The notes under the pieces: generated by a model | The model's input: the letters and a program-made list of their open reading frames with translations, nothing else | What the model was told of the DNA's origin: nothing | Database searches by the model: none | Position numbers and translations under genes: made by a program | Source of the DNA: Octopus bimaculoides | Lineage: Eukaryota | NCBI RefSeq assembly: GCF_001194135.2 | Contig: NC_069004.1 | Span: 33,649,755 to 33,713,754 of the forward strand | Direction of reading: 5' to 3' | DNA: 64,000 bases | Shown: positions 1 to 11,185 of the stretch, piece after piece | Layout of the letters: the number at the start of each line of letters is the position of its first letter | Position numbering within the stretch: position 1 is the first letter of the stretch

Positions 1-446
1 TCTGGCTCCCTCTGGCTCCCTCTGGCTTGGTTATGCAAGTAAAAAAAACACATATGTTTGCGAAACAGCATTCTCTGCAATTCTGAATCCCAAAATCAAA
101 ATGGAGAAACCAATTTTGTGTTTTGGATGACATGCGCATAACCTTATCAGAAACGGTAATCTGATTCCATGTTTTGATTCCAGAGAAAATAGCCGCAAAA
201 ACCTCACTAGATTAATAACACTCCATGTTATTATGTAACCAAAACATTATGGAGTTGTCCATTTTGCTTTATTTACATCTGTGTTTTTTTTTGTATTTTC
301 TTTTGTTTTTTTCTTTGTTTTTGTTTTTTTACCCCAACTAAAACTACAAAAATAGTAAATTGTATTGATTTATAATTTGAAACAGATGCTCCCAAATCAT
401 GTTGTAAAATCATTTGTGACTTAACTTCTATATTTGTTTGTGTTAT

Positions 447-816
447 TTACACCGTTCCCCCAGAAATAAATTGGACAAATTCCTTGTGATTTTCTTTCCG
501 GTTCTGTTTGTGGTTAACCATAAATAAAACGAAGTTTTTGACATCGTTTGAAGTCATACTGACAACATTAAAAGGGGTGGTGGTGGTGATGATGATGATG
601 GTGAAGGTGATGATGTTGATGGTGGTGGTGGTTGTTGATGATGGTGAAGGTGATGATGATGACAATGATGACGATGATGATGATGGTGGTGGTGGTGGTG
701 ATAATGATGATGATGTAGGTGCTGATGATGATGATGAGGATGATGGTGATGATGAAGTTACTGACAATGATGATGACGACGATGATGATGATGCCAGCAG
801 TAATTGTGATGATGAT

Positions 817-851
<35 letters not shown>

Positions 852-964
852 TGATGATGATTTTGACAGTCTGGTGAAGGAGATACATGCTTTGGTAAGT
901 GGTGGGGGCCGGCAGAGTCTGGAATTATTAGAAGTTAAGACCCCCACCCGCTGCTGCAATAAGA
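447..964 (-). CDS. Candidate terminal exon of the same gene (Ser-rich, ending FNVVSMTSNDVKNFVLFMVNHKQNRKENHKEFVQFISGGTV*)
   Basis: Acceptor catgtttcAG (965-967) is phase-compatible with the 5717 donor and opens the 447-959 ORF; AATAAA on minus at 268-273. The central 300 nt is a (TCA/CCA)n microsatellite that lacks stops by composition, so ORF length is weak evidence. Confidence 0.35.
568..862. repeat. Compound (GAT/GGT/GAC)n trinucleotide microsatellite
   Basis: Directly visible; explains overlapping poly-D, poly-S and poly-I ORFs. Confidence 0.95.
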
Positions 965-1430
965 CTGAAACATGTCATGGGTTGTCTCCCTTATTCGAGG
1001 AAACTATTAGTCATAATGTGTTAATGTTGTTGTTTCAACTCCCCCCTCCCTCCCTCCACATTATATATTTGATGCACGCTACATTAAATGTGAGTGACGA
1101 TGGCAGATGTTAATATAAGCAGCAACACACACACACACACACACGCACACACACATGTGGTAATACACACACACTCTGACATTAACCCCCCCCCCCCAAA
1201 TTGAAACAACAGCAATCATAACAACACATACAATATATGAACCAAACAAGGAGACACTGAGGGTTGCTAGAAATAGCAGCAGCTACAACTTCCTCGAATC
1301 TTACTTGATCTTCTAATCCATTACCATAGCAACTGAAGTCCATAAACAAGAGACAAAAACTGTTACATCAGGTGGACAACACCCATACACCCCCCACATA
1401 CCCTCCCTCAAACACACGCATTCATATACA

Positions 1431-1604
1431 CATTAGCATAGCTGGAGGGGGGAGGCAGGGGGTAGGGGCAGTCCACTCTGGGTGGCACTTTTAAAGGGGA
1501 ACCACTTTTGGGTCTGCTGTAGGCAATATGTGTTTTTTGAGGGGTCTGGGGGGCAGCAAACGGAAGGGCTGCTCCAGGTGACACACACTCTAGCTACGCT
1601 AGTG
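1431..1604 (+). mobile_element. hAT-like MITE, copy 1
   Basis: 17-bp TIRs cattagcatagctggag / ctctagctacgctagtg (3 mismatches); 8-bp flanking duplication catataca (1423-1430, 1605-1612); homologous copy at 57996-58176. Confidence 0.75.
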
Positions 1605-1663
1605 CATATACATATATATACGCACACATGCACACACTCATACATACTCACATATAAAGGCAC

Positions 1664-1697
<34 letters not shown>

Positions 1698-2521
1698 GTA
1701 AAGTAAGTTAAAGAACCCCTTTTGTCATGAACGACCATGGGATTGCACCTAGAAAGTTTCCTTCCAAGGCACAAGTCCAGGAAAGGTTGTTTATGGAAGA
1801 CCAGCAGTCACACATGCATCCCAGCCTCCCCTCTCCACACCACTGATGTTATCCAAGGGAAAGGCAAAGGGGCCGATACAGCTTGGCACCAGTGATGTCC
1901 ACTTATCTATGCTTGCTTGGTTCTGGCAGGATTTGTAGAGGCAGATTTTACTATGGTTCGATGCTCTTGCTCTCACTAACCCTCCTTTCCTGCTTCCGAG
2001 CAAGGTATTATTTTTCTGTAGTCAGACATGTTTTTCACAGAAGACTGGGACTGACCAGCTCACTCATGATGGAGATAATCACTTACAATCATGCATTGTT
2101 AAACAAGGGTACACACACGCACACACACACGCGCGTGTGTGCACACGGTGGGCTTGGCTTCTTTCAATTTCCATGTTCGAAATCCACCCACAAAGCTTTG
2201 GCCGGTCCAGGGTTATAGAAGAAGACACTTGCTTGAGATGCTACGCAATGGGACCGAAACCCAGGAGCATGGTTGCTATTTCTAGCAGGCAGAGCAACCT
2301 CATAGAGGCCTCTCTCATATGCTATGCTGTTATGCCGATGGGGGTTGATGAGGGTGGTGTGATGGCCCTCTTGAGGGTTTAAGTAGCTCATCTAGATAGA
2401 ATATCATTGATAAACCGTATCTAACATGTAACTACACATGCTGTGCAGTGGGCGCAATGGGTGTAATGCTGTGCAAGCTATCAAACGCCTATGAACATGT
2501 GCGTGTATGTACATATGTATA

Positions 2522-2565
<44 letters not shown>

Positions 2566-2969
2566 TTTGTGTGTGTGGGAAGGTGGTAGTGTAGGTCTGT
2601 AGGCATGCGTTTGTTTAAAAACAAGAGATACGCCAGCTTGCACTTTATCACCAGAGTGCATAGCGACAGATGCTGCAGTCAGGATGAAGAGAGCGTAAAA
2701 ACGTACATCCGTNNNNNNNNNNNNNNNNNNNNNNNNNNNNNNNNNNNNNNNNNNNNNNNNNNNNNNNNNNNNNNNNNNNNNNNNNNNNNNNNNNNNNNNN
2801 NNNNNNNNNNNNNNNNNNNNNNNNNNNNNNNNNNNNNNNNNNNNNNNNNNNNNNNNNNNNNNNNNNNNNNNNNNNNNNNNNNNNNNNNNNNNNNNNNNNN
2901 NNNNNNNNNNNNNNNNNNNNNNNNNNNNNNNNNNNNNNNNNNNNNNNNNNNNNNNNNNNNNNNNNNCAA

Positions 2970-3148
2970 GCATAGATTCAGAAGTGGCTGTGAGGTAAGA
3001 AGCTTGCTTTTTCAACAATGTGGGCCTAGGTTCAATCCCACTACATGGTACTTTGGGCAAAGGTTTTCAAATATAGCCACAAGCTGGCCAACGCCTTCTG
3101 AGTGAATTTTGTAGATGGAAACTGAAAGAAACTCATGTGCATGTGTGC

Positions 3149-3208
<60 letters not shown>

Positions 3209-3375
3209 ATATATATATGCTTTTATTCTTTTACTTATTTCAGTCGTTTGATTGTGGCCATGCTGGAGCACCGCCTTAAAAGGTTTCTGGTAGAAGAAAT
3301 CAACCCCAGGACTTATTCTTTGTAAGCCTAGTACTTATCCTATTGGTTTCTTTTGCTGAACCACTAAGTTATGAG
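2970..3375. mobile_element. CORE-type SINE head (plus, 2970-3135), microsatellite, and an oppositely oriented tail module (3215-3375)
   Basis: ggttcaatcccact B-box-like motif and ctttgggcaa core; tail module gaccatgctggagcaccgcc-like in reverse orientation relative to full copies. Confidence 0.65.
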
Positions 3376-4700
3376 GACACACAGCCACGCCTGCACAATC
3401 AGTGTGTGTGTGTGGAGCAAGAGTTAACTTAAGGAGTTCAAAAATGGCCTCGAGAGGGTCTCCATGTGGACAGTCAACATGCTAGATATAGTAGCCAGGG
3501 TCTCCTTTAAATTATGTGTACATGTGATTTTATTAAGAAAGGGAAGACATTTGGGATAATGTAGTCCAAGATACATCGAAATGTCTTTTTCTATGGGATG
3601 GTCATGGCAGTAATGCCTTTGGTCATAGGTCTACTCAATTCAGAACGGGTCTGGGGGAGAGGAACCAAAAGCTGCTGCTGCTACTACTACTACTACAACT
3701 AATACTATGACTAACACTACTGCTGCTGCCCCCCCCCTCACTACTAGTACAACAGCAGTGACAAAGACAACAATAACTGCAACAACAACAACAACAACAA
3801 CAACAGCAGCAGCAGCAGTTAACTGGGAATTACTGTTTGGTGGTGTGTCATAAACAACCCATTTGGCNNNNNNNNNNNNNNNNNNNNNNNNNNNNNNNNN
3901 NNNNNNNNNNNNNNNNNNNNNNNNNNNNNNNNNNNNNNNNNNNNNNNNNNNNNNNNNNNNNNNNNNNNNNNNNNNNNNNNNNNNNNNNNNNNNNNNNNNN
4001 NNNNNNNNNNNNNNNNNNNNNNNNNNNNNNNNNNNNNNNNNNNNNNNNNNNNNNNNNNNNNNNNNNNNNNNNNNNNNNNNNNNNNNNNNNNNNNNNNNNN
4101 NNNNNNNNNNNNNNNNNNNNNNNNCCGCTTTTCTTCTATGGATTCTCAAGATAAAATGGTGCCTGGGCTGCTGACAGATATAGGTGTGTTCTAAAACAGA
4201 CAGAGAGGGCAAAAAAAAAAAAACAATCAACAGGCAGGTAGAGAGTTTTGGTGGGGAGACATCATTCTGAAGGGACCCACCCTGGATCTGGAGTTGCAGA
4301 TGGAGGGAGGCCCCTTCTCAGTTGCATGACATTCTAAAAATAGAAGCCAAATCACCATTAAATCCCATTCCAGAGGATCTTTTAAGAATAGGTCATCAGG
4401 AGACATGCATTTTCAGGATAAGTTTACCATGACCCTTTTGAAACCAACCTGCCTGAAAAGGGTTGCTACAAAACCAGCCACAAAATCCCCTTCACATTCC
4501 ACTCCAGAGGGCCTTTAAAAATCCCACCCTGGAGATTCAAATCTCACCCTGGAGATTCAAATCTCACCCTAAAGGATTCTTTTAAAGTAGATTTTCAGGA
4601 CATGTGCATCTCTAAGGAGAACTTAATTTTAGATTACAGTTTGCCAAACCCTTTCAATACTAACCTTCCTGATACCAACCCTCTATGAGACAAACTCTGT

Positions 4701-5000
4701 TTTAAATGAAAACTTTCCATCAAGATTCCACGTTAATTTAGGTTCCAAACACCAGCTTAATACAAAGTTATTTTGGTAAATTCTTCATTATTTAAAAGAT
4801 TAATTGAAACAAAGTCAGTACACATTTCAACAGAATATGGTAACAAAAGAGCTGAAGTGATCTAAATTAAAACCTTCCATCAAAATGTCATTAATTCAGG
4901 TTCCAAACGTCAGCTTAATTCAAAGTTATTTTGGTAAATTCTTCATTATTTTAAAAATTAATCACAACAAAGGAAGAATATTTCAACAGAAATGTGACAA
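4701..5000. repeat. Two-copy tandem duplication, period 160 bp
   Basis: ccatcaa...ggttccaaac...agcttaat...caaagttattttggtaaattcttcattattt recurs at +160. Confidence 0.85.
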
Positions 5001-5008
5001 CAAAAGGT

Positions 5009-5220
5009 TTAACCATTTTGCATATGAACCAGACATATCCCTGCTGTATGTTCAAACTGGCCAGATCTGGCCTGTCACACCTACCCTACAATATCATTTT
5101 AAGAAAAAACAGTCGCATCATCAAAATCTCAAAGCTGTGAGATAATGCACGATCAATTCAAAACAGTGTGAATAAATAAACATTGCGTTTGATAGAGAAA
5201 TCTGAAGGCTAAAGGGTCAA
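5009..5220 (+). mobile_element. piggyBac-like MITE (TTAA-CCCTTTAGCAT ends, decayed)
   Basis: Ends ttaaccattttgcat / aggctaaagggtcaa; same family at 6016-6140 (gaccctttagcattt...ggccagatctggcc) and about 48970-49188 (ends aatgctaaagggttaa). TTAA-CCC...GGG-TTAA is the piggyBac signature. Confidence 0.6.
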
Positions 5221-5544
5221 GGTGCTGACCAGTGGTCTAAAGTATTGGACTCTTTGGTGAACCAAAGTGATGGACAGTCAAATAATCCATTGTTTGACTG
5301 ACCATACTGATGGTGGGTTAAGGTGCTGGACAATACAAGTGACCATAGTGTCAGACCAGTGACTTAAAAACATAGACTATCTAGGTGGCCATAGTGACCC
5401 AATCCAGGAATTGAAACCGCAATCTTACAATCATGAATCCAACACCCTAACCACTAAACTATGCCCCTCCACTTGCGATGATGATGATATTTATTTACAA
5501 CCACCACATAATGCCAAGACAAGGGTACACACACACACACACAT

Positions 5545-5680
5545 GTTTATAGCAAGCTTCTTTCAATTTCCATCTACCAAATCGAATCACAAAGCTTTGG
5601 TTGATAGTAGAAGACACTTGCCCCAGGTGCTGTGCAGTGGAACTGAACCCAAGACCACACAGTTGGGAGGCAAGTTTAAA
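5545..5680 (-). mobile_element. CORE-type SINE head
   Basis: Reverse complement of the head family (agaagacacttgccccagg, aactgaaccc). Confidence 0.75.
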
Positions 5681-5716
5681 AAAACACAATAAAACAAATC
5701 CAAACAAACAACTTAC

Positions 5717-5964
5717 TTTTCACTGCCCGTCCAGACAGGTCGTTCCCTCTTCGTATAGACTTGCTCTGTAGAACGGTCATACATTCCATCTCTGTAGAGA
5801 ACCGTAGTTCCATCATCCACACCATCACGGCGCTTCCCGAAGTAGTCTCCACACTGCTTGTTGTCCCTCCCCCGTTACTGCTGACCACACTGCCGATACT
5901 GCCGGAACTGGACATACTGAAAGCAGCTGACATACTTGGTCTGCTTATTGACGACTCTTTGTCA
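5717..5964 (-). CDS. Internal coding exon of an unidentified minus-strand gene (82 codons: DKESSISRPSMSAAFSMSSSGSIGSVVSSNGGGTTSSVETTSGSAVMVWMMELRFSTEMECMTVLQSKSIRRGNDLSGRAVK)
   Basis: Minus strand reads a long pyrimidine tract tttttgtttttgtttttgtattccAG, then 248 nt of balanced-composition non-repetitive sequence, then GTAAGT (plus acttac 5711-5716). Only one of three minus frames is open; entry phase 2, exit phase 1. No family recognised. Confidence 0.75.
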
Positions 5965-6356
5965 CTGGAATACAAAAACAAAAACAAAAAAAAATTAAAA
6001 AACTGTGATTATCACCGACCCTTTAGCATTTGAATTGGCCAGATCTGGCCTCTCACACCGACCCAACAATGTCATTCTAGAAATAAGCAATCACATCAAT
6101 GATATCTCAAAGCTACAAAATAACGCATGGTTAATACAAAGTAATTCTTTTATTCTTCTACTTGTTTCAGTCATTTGACTGCGGCCATGCTGGAGCACTG
6201 CCTTTAGTCGAAAAAATCGATCCCCAGGACTTATTGTATCGGTCTCTTTTGCCAAACTGCTAAGTTATGGGGGACGTAAGCACACCAGCATTAGTTGTCA
6301 AGCAATGGTGGGGGGGGGACAAACACAGAAACACAAATACACACACACACGCGTGC

Positions 6357-6391
<35 letters not shown>

Positions 6392-6473
6392 TGTGTATGA
6401 GCACATGCATGCGTGTGTGTGTGTGTGCATGCATGTGTGTGTGTGTGCATGCATGTGTGTGTGTGTGTGCATG

Positions 6474-6515
<42 letters not shown>

Positions 6516-7216
6516 TGTGTGCGTACTCGTATGCGCACATGCATGTAAGTGTGTGTGACTCTTCTCTACCATTATTACTCTCACCCCTTTCCTAAGCCAA
6601 ACAGCAATGAACTGAGACAGAAAATAACCCCCTAAATATACAGAGGGGTAAGACGGGGCCTTTCTACCCCACCTTTATGTCCACCCATCTTTCATAATCC
6701 TTCTTCATTTCAGCTTTTTATTTGTTTTATTTCATTTTTACTTATTAATTAGAATAACAACTGAAATACTTATTCCACCCACACACACACACAAATGCAT
6801 GTATTTTACAGACACATATATTTATACAGACAGATGCACATACATATATATATCTACATACACATACACTGATTAAAAGCAGAAATAGTCAGGCAGACAG
6901 ATAGGTAAATGGGTGTTTACTTTTAAGCGCTACTGTATTTCATGTACACCTTGAATCTTGCTAGATTTCGGTAAAATAAATAATCAGGGAAAGAAATTAT
7001 ACTTTTACACACACACACACCTATTTATATAGAACTCTGTGTGTGTGTGTGTGTGTGTGTGTTAATAAATGCAAGTTCACCAATAGACTCATCATCCAGT
7101 CCATGGTTAACGCAGCCGCCAAACATTAAGACTAGCACCAAACTTTGTGTGTGTGTGTATATGTACGCACAGCATGATTTTGCATCTGTACACATCTGAT
7201 CTCTTCCTCTTACCAT

Positions 7217-7258
<42 letters not shown>

Positions 7259-7479
7259 CAAGTGTGTGTGAGTATACATGTGTGTGTGTATATAAGTGTG
7301 TGTGTATAAAAGTGTATGTGTGTGTGTGTATATACATACATATGAGTGTGCACATGTGTATGATTGTCTGTACAGACAGACAGATAGATAGATATAAAAC
7401 AAACCAAAGTGGGGGGGGGGTTGAACAATGTTCTACAATATTAACAAAAATGTTGAGAATAAATAAATAAATATATATG

Positions 7480-7567
<88 letters not shown>

Positions 7568-8359
7568 TATGTATATAAATAACAAATGAAAGACAGAAGA
7601 TGGAATATAGGAGTATATATTATTATGTATGTATATATAAAACAAATACAGAATAAACAATAAATAATTGTATAAACAATGAAATAAATAAGTAAATAGA
7701 AGAATAAGATGAAGAAGAGGCTGGCGGCAGGCCAGGAGTCAGTGTGTATTTACCTAAGCTCTTATTGCAACCATCTGTGTCAACTGAAAGTCTGCGAGAG
7801 CTTAATGAGGATTCCTCATTCTATTGGGTAAAAACCAATTAGTTAAGCATCATTCCCATTACTTAATGAAGGGGCCTTCAGACCCCTTACTAGCAGTTCA
7901 TTGTCAGTTTAGTGTCCCCACCCATTCATTAGTCATAAAATGAAGGGACAGTGCTCCTGCGATACTTGCAGATCTTCCCCCGAGACGTCAGCATTTCTCA
8001 CCCCCCCTGCCCCCAGCTTATGGGTTATGACAAATCCCGCCAGGCTCAGAATAGGGGCAGGACGGAATCTTTTGCTTTTGATAAAATTTGAGAATCATCA
8101 TCACCACCATCGTCATAATCATTTGACGTTTATGTTCCATGATTGGAAGAATTGGATGGTTTGATGGGCTTCGATGGGTCCAAAGACTGCATCAAGTTGT
8201 AGCACCTACTTTGGCATGGTTTTCCATGGCTGGATTGCTTTCCTGATGCCAACCACTTTACAGCATGTGCTGGGTACTTTTCTTGTGCCTTTGGCACTAC
8301 TGAGGTCACCATGCAGCTCAGAAGCCTACGACAAGACACTTGGACAAGACACTACCATC

Positions 8360-8398
<39 letters not shown>

Positions 8399-8401
<3 letters not shown>

Positions 8402-8960
8402 GTTTCATCGTTTAACGTCTGCTTTCCATGCTGGCATGGGTTGGACGGTTTGACTGAGGGCTAGCAAGCCAGAAGGCTGCACCAGGCTCCAACTTGATCT
8501 GGCAAAGTTTCTACAGCTGGATGCCCTTCTTAACACCAACCACTCTGAGAGTATAGTAGGTGCTTTTACGTGCCACCGGCATGAGGGCCAGTCAGGCAGT
8601 ACTGGCATTGACCACGCTGAAATGGTTCTTTTTATGTGCCACCTGTACAGGAGCCAGTCCGGTGGCACTGGCAATGACCACGTTTGAATGGTGTTTTTAT
8701 GTGTCACTGGCACAGGAGCCACACAGGTGACGCTGGCAATGATCATGCTCGAATGGTGCTTTTTACGTGCCACCGGCACAGGAACCAGTCAGCGGTCCTG
8801 GCAACTATCACGCTCGAATGGTGCTTTCAATGTTTCACTGGCACAAGTGCCAATCAGGCTGTACTGTCATTGGCCACGACAATAATTTCACTTGCCTCTA
8901 CAGGTCTTCACAAGTGTAGTTTATTGTCCAATGATTGAAGGGTACTCTTAAATGGGCTGG
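8399..8960 (-). mobile_element. (GAT)n-tailed non-autonomous retroelement with internal ~66-bp minisatellite
   Basis: Starts on plus with the family tail catcgtttaacgtctgctttccatgctggcatgggttggac; other copies near 12782, 15056, 26245, 27090, 30880, 38075, 39890, 44320, 46170; about 4.7 tandem units at 8570-8880. Confidence 0.75.
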
Positions 8961-8961
8961 T

Positions 8962-8994
<33 letters not shown>

Positions 8995-8997
<3 letters not shown>

Positions 8998-9262
8998 TTC
9001 AGGAAAGGCAGATCCAACAGGAACAGTAATCCAAGGTAACAAGAGATTCCGGCAGTTGGGTACATCAAATCCAGTAACCTCGTGGGCATCAGTACCATTT
9101 TCCTCTTTCTCCGTTCTTCCATTCTCCGAACTTTCCATCTTTCCGACGAAGGGCTACGCCCGAAACGTCATACACTCTCTCTTTCCTTTCCTGAGCATCC
9201 AATAATACTATCCATATCACGTCCTCACTTTGTTGTTTTTTTGTTATTGTGTTTTTTTTGAA

Positions 9263-9265
<3 letters not shown>
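8995..9265 (+). mobile_element. Penelope-like element fragment carrying a minimal hammerhead-like motif
   Basis: CCGACGA-A-GGGC(TAC)GCCC-GAAAC-GTC at 9143-9169; about 125 bp homologous to the minus copy at 24896-25062; flanked on both sides by (TA)n. Confidence 0.55.
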
Positions 9266-9297
<32 letters not shown>

Positions 9298-9659
9298 GGG
9301 GATTGTAACAGCTACAAAATCCAGAGTTATAAACCTTATTTCATCAAGGCTGGTCTAGAACTTACCAACAACAAAAACCTCAGCAGCAGTAAGCTATCTG
9401 TTACATATTAGAATCAAATCCAGGTGTATAACAACCTCTCATCTTAATTACTATGAAACAACCAAGAGATGATAAGCAGAGTGAGATATAGCAGGGTCCT
9501 GATGGCTTATGCGGTTTATGCGGTAATAATGAGAACAGTAAGGGGCATCAGGGCTCTTATGGTTAAATTAAGTAAGAAAACCATTAGGGTGCAGGAGGGC
9601 CCTTTGGTTTAATGTGATAACAAGCAGAGGATAAACACGAGGATCTTGTGGTTTAATGT

Positions 9660-9785
9660 AATAACCCTTTCTACTACAGGCACAAGACTTGAAACTTTGG
9701 GGTAGGGGCCTAGTCAGTTTCATTGACCCCACTTCTTGACTGGTATTTATTCCATTCACCTTGAAAGGACAAAAGGCAGAACCAG
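9660..9785 (-). mobile_element. Decayed Meta-type SINE fragment
   Basis: cattgacccca...gactggtatttatt...ccttgaaaggacaaaaggc matches the family at 52066-52301. Confidence 0.55.
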
Positions 9786-10288
9786 TCGTGGCAGAAAGGT
9801 TTAATGTGATAATAAGCTGGGTTTAAGTATAGGGGAGGGCTTTGTGGTTTAATGTGGTTCCAGAGAGAAATTTGCTCTTGTCTTATTAAGATTACAGAAT
9901 TATAGTTGCTATTAAAGACTAATTAACAAGAACAAGGAAATAAACAGCCAAAGATGGTTGAGGGGGGGGGGCTGGTTGTGGGGTTGATTATTAAACATCT
10001 GTTAATAACTAAACATATTGGGGAAGGAAAAAATAGAAAACAAACAGGAAAAAATTTTTTTTTTTGGAACTAAGACAGCAACAACAACAACAATAATAAT
10101 GATAATGATAAAAATTGACTTAAGAAAATAAGAAACTTATTTCTACATTGGCCACCTCAGTTGACCTCTTGTTCTCAAGAGGTCACTCAGTGCACAGCAA
10201 TTACTAATAAAGCACTTATTACATTATATTTTAGAAGTCGTTAGCAACCCTGTCTCTCTTTCCTCTTTGCATGTGTGCGTATGTGCAG

Positions 10289-10329
<41 letters not shown>

Positions 10330-11147
10330 CACACATTACGAATCTTTATCATTTCCTTTTTCACACCAAACTTGACAAAGGTTTCTTTCTTGCCAACGAG
10401 GCAGTCTCAAGGTGGTCGCCTGCTGTACAAGAAATAGCAACCATACCACCTTTAAACAACTCCTCAGCATTTTTAACAAAAACACACACTGGATAATGCA
10501 GTCTGAAGTACACAGTTCCTAAAGGTAAGAGGGGATGGTCATGGCATGATTGGTTTTGATCATAAGTTTTTCTTGACTTGGTGCGAGGAGCATCTTGGAG
10601 CTCAACAACAACAATCCATGCAAACATGGAAAAGAAGACATTACGATGACAATGACAATGACAATGATGATGATGATGATGATGACAACAATGATGACGA
10701 CGATGATTATAATGGTTGCTTGGCTTAATCGCAGTTGAGTCCTTCAACTCAGTTGTTTTATAGTCTGTGGTTGGGTTGTGGTGGGAAAGAATGGCAGAGA
10801 GGTGGTGGGAGGGAGTTAAGAAGAAACTAGGAAGAGAGTGAAATATAGGAAAGTGAAAGTAGAAAAGAGAGAGAGAGAGAGAGAGGGAGAGGGGGGGATG
10901 AGGAAGTTAGAGAATGTTTAAAAGCTGGGGAAAGAAAACATAAATGAAAAGGAATGGAGATAGACTAAGAGTGTAGAAGGTGCAGAGAGAGAGAGAGAGA
11001 GAGAGAGAGGTAGTATCTGTATAGAGAGGTGGAGAGAGAGGAAGAGAGTAAGAGTTAAACATGATAGAGTGTATGTGGCGGAGGTGGGGGGGGGAGAAAG
11101 AGTAGTAGTAAAAAGGATAGAGGTTAGGCATATGTATCTGTGTTCTT

Positions 11148-11185
<38 letters not shown>

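Noticed and set aside
508-1113. 201-aa acidic ORF on plus
   Set aside because: Poly-Asp/Val comes from the (GAT/GGT)n microsatellite; no splice or domain support.
1695-1900. Possible HDV-like ribozyme in an interspersed repeat
   Set aside because: Could not assign P1, P2 and P3 pairings by eye.
5770-5870. Neuropeptide-like DYFGKRR in an alternative minus frame
   Set aside because: That frame has stops upstream within the exon (TGA at start, TAA near 5876) and no acceptor opens it.
5761-6033. 90-aa plus-strand ORF
   Set aside because: Antisense shadow of the minus exon; splice signals support only the minus strand.
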